Part shown: positions 9,150 to 17,682 of the stretch, in pieces
Numbering within the stretch: the first letter of the stretch is position 1
Layout of the letters: each line of letters starts with the position of its first letter
Virus record (IMG/VR): IMGVR_UViG_3300020151_000698
Coordinates: 1 to 26,572 of that record
Length of the DNA: 26,572 bases
Direction: 5' to 3' (one strand)
Source: a virus
Lineage: Duplodnaviria > Caudoviricetes
Translations under genes and position numbers: made by a program
The notes under the pieces: generated by a model
The model's input: only the letters and a program-made list of their open reading frames with translations
Database searches by the model: none
Told to the model about the DNA's origin: nothing

Positions 9150-10073
9150 CTAGGTTGTGTAAACCCGTTGGACAAGTTTATCAATCTCTAGTTCCATATT
9201 GGGTCGTAAATGGTATTTACCCCAGCGTTTATCGGCTGAGATTATGACCAGTTTGCACTCAGAGGGGTGCAGTCCTGACCGTACTAGTTCGTGGGCTAGT
9301 CGTGCCAATGTCCGTGACCTGTCATTGTTAGGCAACGGACCGTCACGCCAAATGACATACGCCAATGATGAACAGCGTTTCATAATGTCTTTAAGGTTGT
9401 CTGACTCGTCATGGTCTGTGACCATGTTGAGGCTGACCTGTGGTGGTTTCCAATATGTAGCCAGACGGGTAATTGTTTCTGGAGAGTTTAAACATGACTC
9501 TACGGCATCTAGGAACTCGTCCATGGATATTGCTGTGCCGTCTTTGTTTATGACCCTGCGGTTTGGCAATGTCATGTCTGTGTAGTTCGGGTATGGCAGA
9601 CGAACATAATTGCCGTACTGCATTGTGCTGGTAAGTGTTTCCTGCTTGGGGTTTACCTCACGGGCTGGGTAGTCGGCTACCTGATGGGCAGCCAACATCA
9701 TACGCCTCATGTCGCTAGCAAGCACTGGCTCACTAGCAAAGACCCACACATGGTAGCCCTTGCTTCGTGACTTCTCTACGAATGCGTGGACACCGCCTGC
9801 TTCTAACGCATCAGCCAAGTTAAAGGCTCCAGCCATGTCCTCTATGTCAATGTCCGAGCAACCCCACACTGTGTACCAACTGTCCTTTAATGGAACCATC
9901 GGGTACACACCTATCGGGTTTACACCTTCTAGGTGTTCTTTAAACACTGCACGGGTTAAAGGTTGCTTTATGCATCCCCCTGTTTCGGAACCATAAACAT
10001 CACCTCTGCCTCGGAACAACTTTATGTATCGGTCTAGTTGTTCTTCTATGTTTTTCATTTCACATCCAATCAT
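9150..10073 (-). CDS. Archaeo-eukaryotic primase (AEP) superfamily primase with a helical C-terminal domain
   Basis: DIDIED (DxD), SRSKGYHVW, EVNPKQ and GNYVRLPY motifs; adjacent to the helicase. Confidence 0.8.
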   Translation of the reverse strand: MIGCEMKNIEEQLDRYIKLFRGRGDVYGSETGGCIKQPLTRAVFKEHLEGVNPIGVYPMVPLKDSWYTVWGCSDIDIEDMAGAFNLADALEAGGVHAFVEKSRSKGYHVWVFASEPVLASDMRRMMLAAHQVADYPAREVNPKQETLTSTMQYGNYVRLPYPNYTDMTLPNRRVINKDGTAISMDEFLDAVESCLNSPETITRLATYWKPPQVSLNMVTDHDESDNLKDIMKRCSSLAYVIWRDGPLPNNDRSRTLARLAHELVRSGLHPSECKLVIISADKRWGKYHLRPNMELEIDKLVQRVYTT

Positions 10074-11130
10074 CTTCTAGCATTTTTAACTGTTCAGGTT
10101 CAGGCTGTTGGATAACAGTCATTGAACCCACATGACCAGTCGGCAAGCGACTAAGCCTGCCTGTGCCCTCTTCAATTTCAAAGTCTATATCGTCAAGCAA
10201 CTTGCTGGCTGGGCGTTTACATTTAACAAGGTTAATCGTAACCGTGTTCTGATGTATTCGCAGGTCATAACGCAACGAGTCAAGGCGTTCCAACAAGCGT
10301 TCCGTCTGCTGTGTTTTGTCCAAGCGTTCTTCAATGTCACGGATTTGTCCCTCAATCTCAAACTTTTTACGGCGCACACCTATAATGTGCGTCGCCTGCT
10401 GTTCACCACCATAAGCACCCGATGATATGGTTTGCTTCTTGCCATCAGCACCTGAGGTGCGTGATGACTGGTGCAACACAAGCATAGGAATATTATGGCG
10501 TTTACCGAACGCCTTGATTGTGTTCGCTTTGGATGGGACATCTTCGCCACCGCCTTGAAGTAAATCAAGATAGTCAAAGACAAGCAACGCTGGCTGTCCC
10601 CACATGTCACGAATCTCACCCAATGATTGTTCCATCTCATTAAGACTCATCATTTGGTCAAACACGGCAAGCCGTGGAAAGGAATCATTTGCTGTTTCCC
10701 TGAGTAAACGAATCGCTTCAGGGTCGTTGTTTGACACACGGGTTTCAAGTTCATGTGCATTTATGCCATGCATAATGCAAGTCAACTTAATAAGCGTTAA
10801 TGTGCGTGGCTCGTCAGGACAGAAGTACACAACGGGTAAATCCCTGTTAGCAAGCAGAATCTGCATGAGTAACATGGTTTTACCTGAATGGCTGTAGCCA
10901 TTTATAATGCACAACTCGGATGGGGCGATGCCTCGCATCTCGTTATCTATATCGGAGAACCCTAGATACACTCGTTCGTTTGGGTTTTGCGCCCAGTGTA
11001 CGAAGTCATCGGCTGCCTTTGCTAGTGGTTCATAATGTTGTTTTAGTTTTGAGGCATTAGACACATCAGGCGTGGGGATTGACTCCCCACGCCCAAGTGC
11101 GTTCCAACGCTCCGTAAAATCGGGAGCCAT
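10060..11130 (-). CDS. DnaB-like (SF4/RecA-fold) replicative helicase
   Basis: Walker A GYSHSGKT, Walker B LLVFDYL, VLHQ motif and a C-terminal KCKR arginine-finger region. Confidence 0.85.
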   Translation of the reverse strand: MAPDFTERWNALGRGESIPTPDVSNASKLKQHYEPLAKAADDFVHWAQNPNERVYLGFSDIDNEMRGIAPSELCIINGYSHSGKTMLLMQILLANRDLPVVYFCPDEPRTLTLIKLTCIMHGINAHELETRVSNNDPEAIRLLRETANDSFPRLAVFDQMMSLNEMEQSLGEIRDMWGQPALLVFDYLDLLQGGGEDVPSKANTIKAFGKRHNIPMLVLHQSSRTSGADGKKQTISSGAYGGEQQATHIIGVRRKKFEIEGQIRDIEERLDKTQQTERLLERLDSLRYDLRIHQNTVTINLVKCKRPASKLLDDIDFEIEEGTGRLSRLPTGHVGSMTVIQQPEPEQLKMLEDDWM

Positions 11131-11142
11131 ATTTGTAACTGT

Positions 11143-11604
11143 TTACTTTCCTCGTGGTTCCCAAAAGGCATCGTTGCCTGAGGTTGACTTAAACCATGGA
11201 CGCTTAGCGTTTGCGGTTAGTCCGTCACGGTTGTCCCATACTTCGGTTACGCCTTTAACGGCACAAGCATCATGGAGCCATGTGGGGATGGGACCGTGTT
11301 GCTTTCCTTTAATGCGAACCTGAAACCCACCAGTATTCGCTGGAGGCGATGCTGGTGTGTTCATGGGTGTTGGCTGTGCTGTTGGAAACGCTTGATTAAA
11401 GAGTTCCTCTTCATTTTGGATTGGTGTCTCGGCTGACGCTGGTGCATTCGCAAAGCCTTGACTGGTAAGAATGATGTCGCAAACCATTTCGTATGCCTCT
11501 GTAAAGGACACGATATTGGCGTTAATATCATTTGTTTTCGGTGTCAATTCGGAAGCGATTTTAGCCGCTACCTGCATGATGATGGATTGGTCTTTACTGA
11601 CCAT
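11143..11604 (-). CDS. Putative ssDNA-binding protein with a C-terminal OSB/PDF-like motif
   Basis: AGGAGG SD before ATG 11604 (shorter than the track ORF); C-terminal VWDNR...KRPWFK...AFW; lies between exonuclease and helicase. Confidence 0.5.
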   Translation of the reverse strand: MVSKDQSIIMQVAAKIASELTPKTNDINANIVSFTEAYEMVCDIILTSQGFANAPASAETPIQNEEELFNQAFPTAQPTPMNTPASPPANTGGFQVRIKGKQHGPIPTWLHDACAVKGVTEVWDNRDGLTANAKRPWFKSTSGNDAFWEPRGK

Positions 11605-11665
11605 TGGTACCCTCCTATGTTGGGTTGTTGTGGGGATAAGTGTATCAGAGGAAGTTTCCGACATG

Positions 11666-12523
11666 TCAACTTCCATCATATACGACCATTGCTGGAGATT
11701 GGAAAGGCAAGGACAGTCCTCGTTCCGATATGAGCGCACCTTTGCACATTGACCAGTACGGACACCATTTGTCCGAGCATAATGCGCTAGTGTCGTTCAT
11801 AATCCAGTTTTCGTTTTGCACACCGATGCGGGTTGCTTGAAGAATGGCGGGGCGTACCATGTGTTTAAGCCACGCCTCATGTTCTGCTGTGCGTTCCATA
11901 TAGACGATTTGTGGTTTAGGTTTTTCTTGGCGAACCATAACCCCATAACGGAAATCCGCAGGGTACGCTGTTTTGCCTTCATAAACCATCGCACTACAGT
12001 AAACTGTTGCCTGAATGGATTGAGATTGTTTCTCTTTGGCATAATAAGTTCGGGATGCTGTTTTCCAATCCCAAATTGTGCCGTCAGGTTGCAGGTAATC
12101 CATGGTGCCTTCGCACCACACTTCCCAATCGTCAACGGTTAAGCCCATCGGGTACTTGAAAGCGTACTCAATGTCGCCTCCGAGTTGCACTGTCGGCAAA
12201 ATACCTTCCACAAAGGCTTGAGCCATGCCTTGAATCTGTGCGACAGATTTATCAGGGTCAAGGTTTGTGACTTTATGGGGCTGTGCCTTTAGTTCTTCCC
12301 AATGTTCAAGGGCGATTGTTGCTAACGCATTGCATTCGGCACCCGAAAGCACCTGCTCAATTCCGTAATGCAACGCAGTACCCATAATGGTTGCGTCTGA
12401 CGGTCCAGATAACTCTGGTTTAACAAGTTTTAACCTTGCCCTTTCAGGACATATAATCAAATCATTCAGCCATGACTGGCGTACATAAACCCTTTTCAGG
12501 TTGTTATCAAAGCGCATACGCAC
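11666..12523 (-). CDS. RecB/Cas4-like PD-(D/E)XK exonuclease
   Basis: CP...GTALH...GTMD...DWKT...Q...Y motifs and three C-terminal Cys (LCSDKWCPYWSMC), consistent with an Fe-S staple. Confidence 0.85.
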   Translation of the reverse strand: MRMRFDNNLKRVYVRQSWLNDLIICPERARLKLVKPELSGPSDATIMGTALHYGIEQVLSGAECNALATIALEHWEELKAQPHKVTNLDPDKSVAQIQGMAQAFVEGILPTVQLGGDIEYAFKYPMGLTVDDWEVWCEGTMDYLQPDGTIWDWKTASRTYYAKEKQSQSIQATVYCSAMVYEGKTAYPADFRYGVMVRQEKPKPQIVYMERTAEHEAWLKHMVRPAILQATRIGVQNENWIMNDTSALCSDKWCPYWSMCKGALISERGLSLPFQSPAMVVYDGS

Positions 12524-12575
12524 CTTCTTTCTATTAGCATATAATACATGGACAAGTTACTGTTCTGTCCACGCA

Positions 12576-13343
12576 CTATGAGAACTGTTTTCTAATTCTA
12601 GAACGATATTTAGATACCGCACCCGAAGAATACTTAGCAGTAGGATATTTAGCGTTAACTAACGCAACTATTTCTTTATTCATCATCGTTGTAGTACGAC
12701 ACAGTTCGTGCAAATAAGCACGGGCTGGGTTCGTTTCATCAACACCCACAAGTCTTGTACGCCTTGTTTCGTACAGTTCACTTAAAGCATAAACGGAATC
12801 TTTAGTTAAAGACAAATCACGAGCAACCTGAGCATAGTTAACAGTTTCAGCCATTAAAGCCAACTCCAACTTATTTAGGCGAGGTTTGTCCCAATTTTTA
12901 TCGTTCTTACTCATCGTCAATGCATCCATAAGTTCCGCAGCGTTGACACCCAAGTAATGTATAATCTCCGTCAATGGCACATCAAACACATTTAGACAGT
13001 AACGCACGGTTTCTCGTATGACCGCCCATCGTTTCCATAATGGTTCATCAGTAAATTCCAACGGAACAACATCCGCCAGTGTTTGAATTTTTTTACCTAT
13101 TAAACTTCCTTCATGGAACGCATCATAAAATTTCTCTAGGTCAACAAAAAAGTCAAGCAATGTTTCGTTTGTCCACGGAATCCCATAGCCACGCAACTCA
13201 CACAGTTCAGGACCCATAAATAAACTGGCTACGCCGTGCCTGAAACAATCCTCAAGCGGAGGCAAGGGTTGTCTGATAATAACATCACACAAACACACCT
13301 CATCATGTGTGGCAACGCCACAACCTAACTCTATCGTATTCAT
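12576..13343 (-). CDS. Hypothetical protein, possible HTH segments in the C-terminal half
   Basis: 255-aa ORF in the operon with an ATGA overlap; NYAQVARDLSLTKDSVY is HTH-like. Confidence 0.65.
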   Translation of the reverse strand: MNTIELGCGVATHDEVCLCDVIIRQPLPPLEDCFRHGVASLFMGPELCELRGYGIPWTNETLLDFFVDLEKFYDAFHEGSLIGKKIQTLADVVPLEFTDEPLWKRWAVIRETVRYCLNVFDVPLTEIIHYLGVNAAELMDALTMSKNDKNWDKPRLNKLELALMAETVNYAQVARDLSLTKDSVYALSELYETRRTRLVGVDETNPARAYLHELCRTTTMMNKEIVALVNAKYPTAKYSSGAVSKYRSRIRKQFS

Positions 13344-13561
13344 GATTTTACCTTAGACATAATCTGCCATTCCTTGTTTCTGTGGTTGATGCATGCAGGT
13401 GGTGCAGTCATAATGACAAACACCTGAATGCGGTTCTTACATTTGGGGCATTCATAAATGCCTTTGCTGTAACGCTTGTTCAAAGCCTTAACGGCTTTAA
13501 TTATTTTCTTTTTAGATTTAATGGGGGTCCTTACGGACCCCACATTCATGCTTTCTTCCAT
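13340..13561 (-). CDS. Small basic Zn-finger protein
   Basis: CPKC...C..H; GGGAGG SD before ATG 13561. Confidence 0.65.
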   Translation of the reverse strand: MEESMNVGSVRTPIKSKKKIIKAVKALNKRYSKGIYECPKCKNRIQVFVIMTAPPACINHRNKEWQIMSKVKS

Positions 13562-13562
13562 G

Positions 13563-14174
13563 TTAATCCCTCCCAAGTTGGCGGTCAATATCTATGACAA
13601 GTTCTCTGAACTTTTCAGGATTTTTTTCTTCAAACTCAACAACAAACTTTAGAACTTCGTTCATACGGTCCATTGTTTTTTTCTCCAACTCCTCATCACC
13701 ATTGTCACGGCTGTTGTAAAGGTCGGTAGCGATTTCATAAACCTCCTCAGCACTAATGAAGTCTTGCGATGTGGCAACTGCCATAGCAAGAGTGATGTTT
13801 GTGGATTGGTTGTACGCTTCCGCTGTTGCCCTGAGTAGTTCGGTTTGTAGGTACTGCATGATTTCCTCAGGGAAATCATAATCGTCACCGTCATAATGAC
13901 CATTTGGAGACAAGCCCCAAGTGACAACGACATCACCAACAATATGTTGCTTGAACAACGCTGTTGCCAAGTAGTTCATTGGCAAATCCAGCAACAATCC
14001 TTCATCATGGACATAACCAGTGATTGCAATATGGTCGGGTTGCCCCATGTCACAACGGACAACATCAAAGTGCCCACCGATATGTTCCTGTAATGATTTG
14101 TGCCCTTCAAAGAACACGGGTTCAGGTTCCACACAAGCACCGCTTGGTAGGAACAATCCTATTTTAATTGACAT
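13563..14174 (-). CDS. DUF3846-like phage protein with an acidic C-terminal extension
   Basis: LQ..IGG.F..V...YV.DEG....LP.N..AT...IVGDVV pattern; preceded by an SD hairpin. Confidence 0.75.
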   Translation of the reverse strand: MSIKIGLFLPSGACVEPEPVFFEGHKSLQEHIGGHFDVVRCDMGQPDHIAITGYVHDEGLLLDLPMNYLATALFKQHIVGDVVVTWGLSPNGHYDGDDYDFPEEIMQYLQTELLRATAEAYNQSTNITLAMAVATSQDFISAEEVYEIATDLYNSRDNGDEELEKKTMDRMNEVLKFVVEFEEKNPEKFRELVIDIDRQLGRD

Positions 14175-14192
14175 AATAACCTCCAGTTATTA
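14174..14192 (-). promoter_or_regulatory. SD-in-loop start hairpin, variant A
   Basis: Minus strand TAATAAC-TGGAG-GTTATTA(TG). Confidence 0.85.
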
Positions 14193-14209
14193 GTAGTTGG
14201 GTTCTGGTC

Positions 14210-14252
14210 ATCATGCCGTAGGCTAATTTTTTTTCTTAGCCCACGACATGAT
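14210..14252 (-). other. 17-bp intergenic RNA hairpin
   Basis: ATCATGTCGTGGGCTAA / TTAGCCTACGGCATGAT pairs fully only on the minus strand (two G-U pairs); no U-tract follows. Confidence 0.7.
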
Positions 14253-14293
14253 AGGTAGCCTTGCTGAACTTGTAGCATCAAGGCAACGAATGT

Positions 14294-14686
14294 TTATTTA
14301 GACACTACCACAATATCTTGTGGGATAACAAATTCTTCGTCAACAACTGTGCAGTTGTCAAGGAAATCTTCATCATTCATGATTGCTTCGTGAATAATGT
14401 CTGTGATTATGGAATGCACATCGTCGTTGTCGTCGTAGGAAGAATCCAGCAACACTTTATGAGTGTAAGTAACATTAACTGTGAATGTGACTTCATACTC
14501 TGTATTCTTCGGAGAGTCATCTTTCCAGTACAACACTTTACCAAGTGCAAACTGTTCCCATGCTTCCTCACCGCCACAATCGGGGCATATCTCAGTGTAA
14601 TTATCTAATCTAGATAATGCGGTTCGTGGAGGAATCATCGCTCCTCCACATCGTGGACATTCCAATACAACTTTAGTTGTTCTCAT
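14294..14686 (-). CDS. Zn-finger protein (CPRC...ALSR.DN.T.ICPDCG) with an acidic C-terminus
   Basis: Two CxxC pairs; motif common in phage early proteins. Confidence 0.75.
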   Translation of the reverse strand: MRTTKVVLECPRCGGAMIPPRTALSRLDNYTEICPDCGGEEAWEQFALGKVLYWKDDSPKNTEYEVTFTVNVTYTHKVLLDSSYDDNDDVHSIITDIIHEAIMNDEDFLDNCTVVDEEFVIPQDIVVVSK

Positions 14687-14702
14687 TTTTATTTTTCTTT
14701 CT

Positions 14703-14957
14703 TTATGGTTTTCTTAGCCACAACCAATATTGGTTGCGTAGATTTTTAATTGTAGGTGATTTCCTGAAATCTTCAAGACACCACTTACCGAGTGTTAACC
14801 AAGCATACACCATCGGCACCAGTACAACTAGTGATATGGCGGTATGTAACGGGTTGTTCCACGAGTCATGTTCAGTGAACTCTAGGGCTACACACCACAC
14901 TAAAGCAGTGAGTAGCACCTCTAGAGACAAGGACACCGATAGGTCACGATTCTTCAT
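14703..14957 (-). CDS. Small membrane protein (two hydrophobic segments)
   Basis: Two hydrophobic stretches and a basic C-terminus; fits in the operon. Confidence 0.6.
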   Translation of the reverse strand: MKNRDLSVSLSLEVLLTALVWCVALEFTEHDSWNNPLHTAISLVVLVPMVYAWLTLGKWCLEDFRKSPTIKNLRNQYWLWLRKP

Positions 14958-15180
14958 AATCGCCTGATTCTATTGGGTTTTTGGCAATGTCCACGCCAGT
15001 CTCCACCAAAAAGTCAATCTTGGAAGAGTCAGGTATGGAAACCATAAAGGTTTGCACATTGTCCCAAGTCCAATGCGAAATGTCGTAAACGACATCAGCA
15101 TCAGTTATGTAACTGGGGCTGAAAGCCCACCCTACTAGTTCGGCATTGTATGCCATGTATGTTGGTGTTAATTGCATCAT
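14944..15180 (-). CDS. Hypothetical protein
   Basis: ATG at 15180 is TAATG-coupled to the upstream stop (shorter than the track ORF). Confidence 0.6.
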   Translation of the reverse strand: MMQLTPTYMAYNAELVGWAFSPSYITDADVVYDISHWTWDNVQTFMVSIPDSSKIDFLVETGVDIAKNPIESGDYEES

Positions 15181-16034
15181 TATGCACTCACTTCCACAAG
15201 ACCTAAGCCCTGTACTGTTGACAATACCCATTGTAGGGTATCCGCAACCAAATCTTGGTTGCCATTTTGTAGTTTCTCAACCACAACATCATAATCGCAA
15301 TGAAGCGGAGAGTACAGGTCATGAACATGACCATAACCACCACCAGCATAAGCACCTTGTGCTTTCCAGTCTTTATGTTGTTCCTGAACTGAGAATTGCA
15401 ATCTACGAAGCATATCAGGATGAGCAAGTGAGAACATTAACGAGTTAATGTCCATTGGCTCCTCCGATGAATGCAACTTGACAAGCGTAGAGAACTCTTT
15501 CTTGCTACCAGTACCAGTACCAGTCATTGACTCTTCCCACCATAACTCAATGCCTACACCGAGTTTATGGATAGTGTCAACCAAAGCAAGAATGGCTATG
15601 CCACGCTTTTTGATTATGTCGGCAGGGACATGACCACTAACAACACCATTGACAACGATTTTGACAACACGACCCATACGGGCTTGTGGTTCGGAAACGA
15701 ACGACACCATGCATTCAGGTTCACCAGTAACGAAGCGTCCCATGTCAACGAAAGCACCACTAGTGGAATGTTCGGAGACATAAAATTCACCGAACGCATC
15801 GTTGATATGTTCAACTAGTTCATCTAGTTGAGCGTCAACCTCAGCACGAATCTCATCCCAACCATGAATGGCAAGGTTACAAGCCTCATTAAGGTTCTCG
15901 GTGTAGTTAAAACTACCCGATTTTGGTTGGTTGGAATCCTTAGGTGTCGGATTATCTTTGGCATAGCGAACATAATCGCCTAGTGAGTCAAACTCCGTGA
16001 AGTCAACTGTGCCCTGTTTGTATGTTTTTTTCAT
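15180..16034 (-). CDS. VWA-like partner protein of the MoxR/CobS AAA+ ATPase
   Basis: G..VD.GR...GEPECM followed by an alternating beta/alpha pattern; directly downstream of the AAA ATPase; MIDAS is degenerate. Confidence 0.6.
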   Translation of the reverse strand: MKKTYKQGTVDFTEFDSLGDYVRYAKDNPTPKDSNQPKSGSFNYTENLNEACNLAIHGWDEIRAEVDAQLDELVEHINDAFGEFYVSEHSTSGAFVDMGRFVTGEPECMVSFVSEPQARMGRVVKIVVNGVVSGHVPADIIKKRGIAILALVDTIHKLGVGIELWWEESMTGTGTGSKKEFSTLVKLHSSEEPMDINSLMFSLAHPDMLRRLQFSVQEQHKDWKAQGAYAGGGYGHVHDLYSPLHCDYDVVVEKLQNGNQDLVADTLQWVLSTVQGLGLVEVSA

Positions 16035-16053
16035 AATTTACCTCCAGTAAATT
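16035..16053 (-). promoter_or_regulatory. SD-in-loop start hairpin, variant B
   Basis: AATTTAC-TGGAG-GTAAATT-ATG. Confidence 0.85.
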
Positions 16054-16085
16054 GTTGTATGAATTGTTATGGAAACCATAACCCT

Positions 16086-17366
16086 CTACTTGAGGGTTAT
16101 GCCCTCCATGATTTTTGCTTTTTGGTCATCCTTGACACCGCTAAGAATCGTAGATTCCATAACTTCTGCCATAGTCCAAACATCCTTGTCCCGAAGCAAC
16201 TTAGCACCAGCAAGTGTGGCTCGTGGCGAAACCACAACTTTCAAACCATAGTTTGAGACATTGGCACGGGCTTTTCTGACTACTTGTAGCCAGTGAGTTC
16301 CGATATTTCCGTCAAGTCCCTTGACAGAATCAAGCATTGCTTGCTCAATGTCGGCATCGTAGTCAATGTTCAGGCTAACGAAACGGTCAAGGAATGCTTT
16401 ATCCAAAGCATTACGACCAACATATTCAGCAGTAGCACCATTACCGAAGGTATTGGCAGTAGCAACAAGAACAAAGTTCTTGTGACGAGTCACCATACCA
16501 TCAGGGAAAGCCATAAAAGAGTTAGACAAAGCACTGTTAAGAACAGTGAGAATGTTCGGGTTGCCGTTATCAACCTCGTCAAGTAGAAATACTTGACCAG
16601 TTTCATATGCTGTTCGGAATGAAGTTCCGACATAATCACCAGTGGCTGACATGTAGCCTAAAAGGCTAGCCTCAGTGGATTGTGAGGAGCAAGACTTGCT
16701 ACTGAAACCAAGCCCTAAGGCTTGACTAGCATTTTCTGCAATTGTTGACTTACCAGTTCCAGCAGGACCTACAAGGTAGAGGTGGTTACCGTTGCTAATA
16801 GTGCTAAGTACCTTAGCAAACATATTATGCTGAACACCCTCTAATTCGTTCCTCTCATTGTTACCAAGGGTAACATGAGTAACTTTCGGACGGAGACGGT
16901 CAATTGCTGACCGTAAATCGGCAACTTCGGCAGTGGCTTTAGCCATAATCTCAAGCGGTTCCTTAATGGAACTATTCACGATTTCAGCAACTTTAGTTGC
17001 ATCAACCTCAGGGACAAAGTCCCCCAAGACTTGAGCAATGAGTTGCTTCATGAAATCATCCATACCACCACTAGAAGTGGTGTTTGGAATTGGTTTTGGT
17101 GTTGTTGGCATTGGAATCTCCGATTCTCTAGTTGGTGGATTGTAGTTTGCTAAAGCAGTTGTCCAAGCCTCAGCAATTTCACCATCGGTGAAATGCATAG
17201 GAGGACGACCAGTGAATTTGTATCCTATGAAGGATAAAGTAGCGGTTCTGCCATTCTTCGGCATGAAAGAAAACCTATCGGTTTTCGTAACTCCCCGATG
17301 GTCACAATAAGTAACTCTCTGTGTAGATTTATCTACACTGAGGATTGTTGGTGATGGATTTGCCAT
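16086..17366 (-). CDS. MoxR/CobS-like AAA+ ATPase
   Basis: Walker A GPAGTGKS, Walker B LLDEVD, sensor ATANT.G.G, GRN.LD.AFLDRF arginine finger and SPR sensor II. Confidence 0.9.
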   Translation of the reverse strand: MANPSPTILSVDKSTQRVTYCDHRGVTKTDRFSFMPKNGRTATLSFIGYKFTGRPPMHFTDGEIAEAWTTALANYNPPTRESEIPMPTTPKPIPNTTSSGGMDDFMKQLIAQVLGDFVPEVDATKVAEIVNSSIKEPLEIMAKATAEVADLRSAIDRLRPKVTHVTLGNNERNELEGVQHNMFAKVLSTISNGNHLYLVGPAGTGKSTIAENASQALGLGFSSKSCSSQSTEASLLGYMSATGDYVGTSFRTAYETGQVFLLDEVDNGNPNILTVLNSALSNSFMAFPDGMVTRHKNFVLVATANTFGNGATAEYVGRNALDKAFLDRFVSLNIDYDADIEQAMLDSVKGLDGNIGTHWLQVVRKARANVSNYGLKVVVSPRATLAGAKLLRDKDVWTMAEVMESTILSGVKDDQKAKIMEGITLK

Positions 17367-17368
17367 TG

Positions 17369-17387
17369 TAATTACCTCCAGTAATTA
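17369..17387 (-). promoter_or_regulatory. SD-in-loop start hairpin, variant C
   Basis: TAATTAC-TGGAG-GTAATTA-ca-ATG. Confidence 0.85.
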
Positions 17388-17410
17388 TGAAATTGGGCTA
17401 GGTTATGGTC

Positions 17411-17461
17411 ACCACAACTACTTGTGGGGGTCACTTCGTTCCCCCCACAATGTAGTGTGGT
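17411..17461 (-). other. Long imperfect intergenic hairpin
   Basis: ACCAC-ACTAC-a-TTGTGGGGG...CCCCCACAA-GTAGT-t-GTGGT. Confidence 0.65.
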
Positions 17462-17489
17462 ATCTTGAGTTTTGTTGTCCAAGTTGTGG

Positions 17490-17663
17490 CTAAAAGCCAC
17501 AAGCCTTAGCGAAACGAGTTTCGTCAAAAAGTGGATTTTCTGAACGAAAATGGCGTGACAGTTCAAGGAACAACACGGTAAGCAATTCCTCCGTGTTGTC
17601 ACATTCACTGGCTTCGTGAATTGCTGAGGCAATAGCCTCAAAATTTTTGCGGGACATTGACAT
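17490..17663 (-). CDS. 57-aa early protein not in the ORF track (MSMSRKNFEAIASAIHEASECDNTEELLTVLFLELSRHFRSENPLFDETRFAKACGF)
   Basis: Hand translation; starts directly after an SD hairpin; the MSRK.F..IA...NP.FD..RF..AC pattern recurs in small phage proteins. Confidence 0.85.
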   Translation of the reverse strand: MSMSRKNFEAIASAIHEASECDNTEELLTVLFLELSRHFRSENPLFDETRFAKACGF

Positions 17664-17682
17664 AATAACCTCCAGTTATTAT
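17662..17682 (-). promoter_or_regulatory. SD-in-loop start hairpin, variant A
   Basis: ATAATAAC-TGGAG-GTTATTAT(G); the 5' arm contains the upstream gene's TAA. Confidence 0.85.

Noticed and set aside
11666-12523. CRISPR-associated Cas4
   Set aside because: Stand-alone Cas4/RecB-like exonucleases are routine in phage replication modules; no cas1/cas2 or array
17372-17641. 89-aa minus-strand ORF in the track
   Set aside because: The frame starting at ATG 17663 after the SD hairpin is far better supported; this one has a TTG start and runs through the intergenic hairpin
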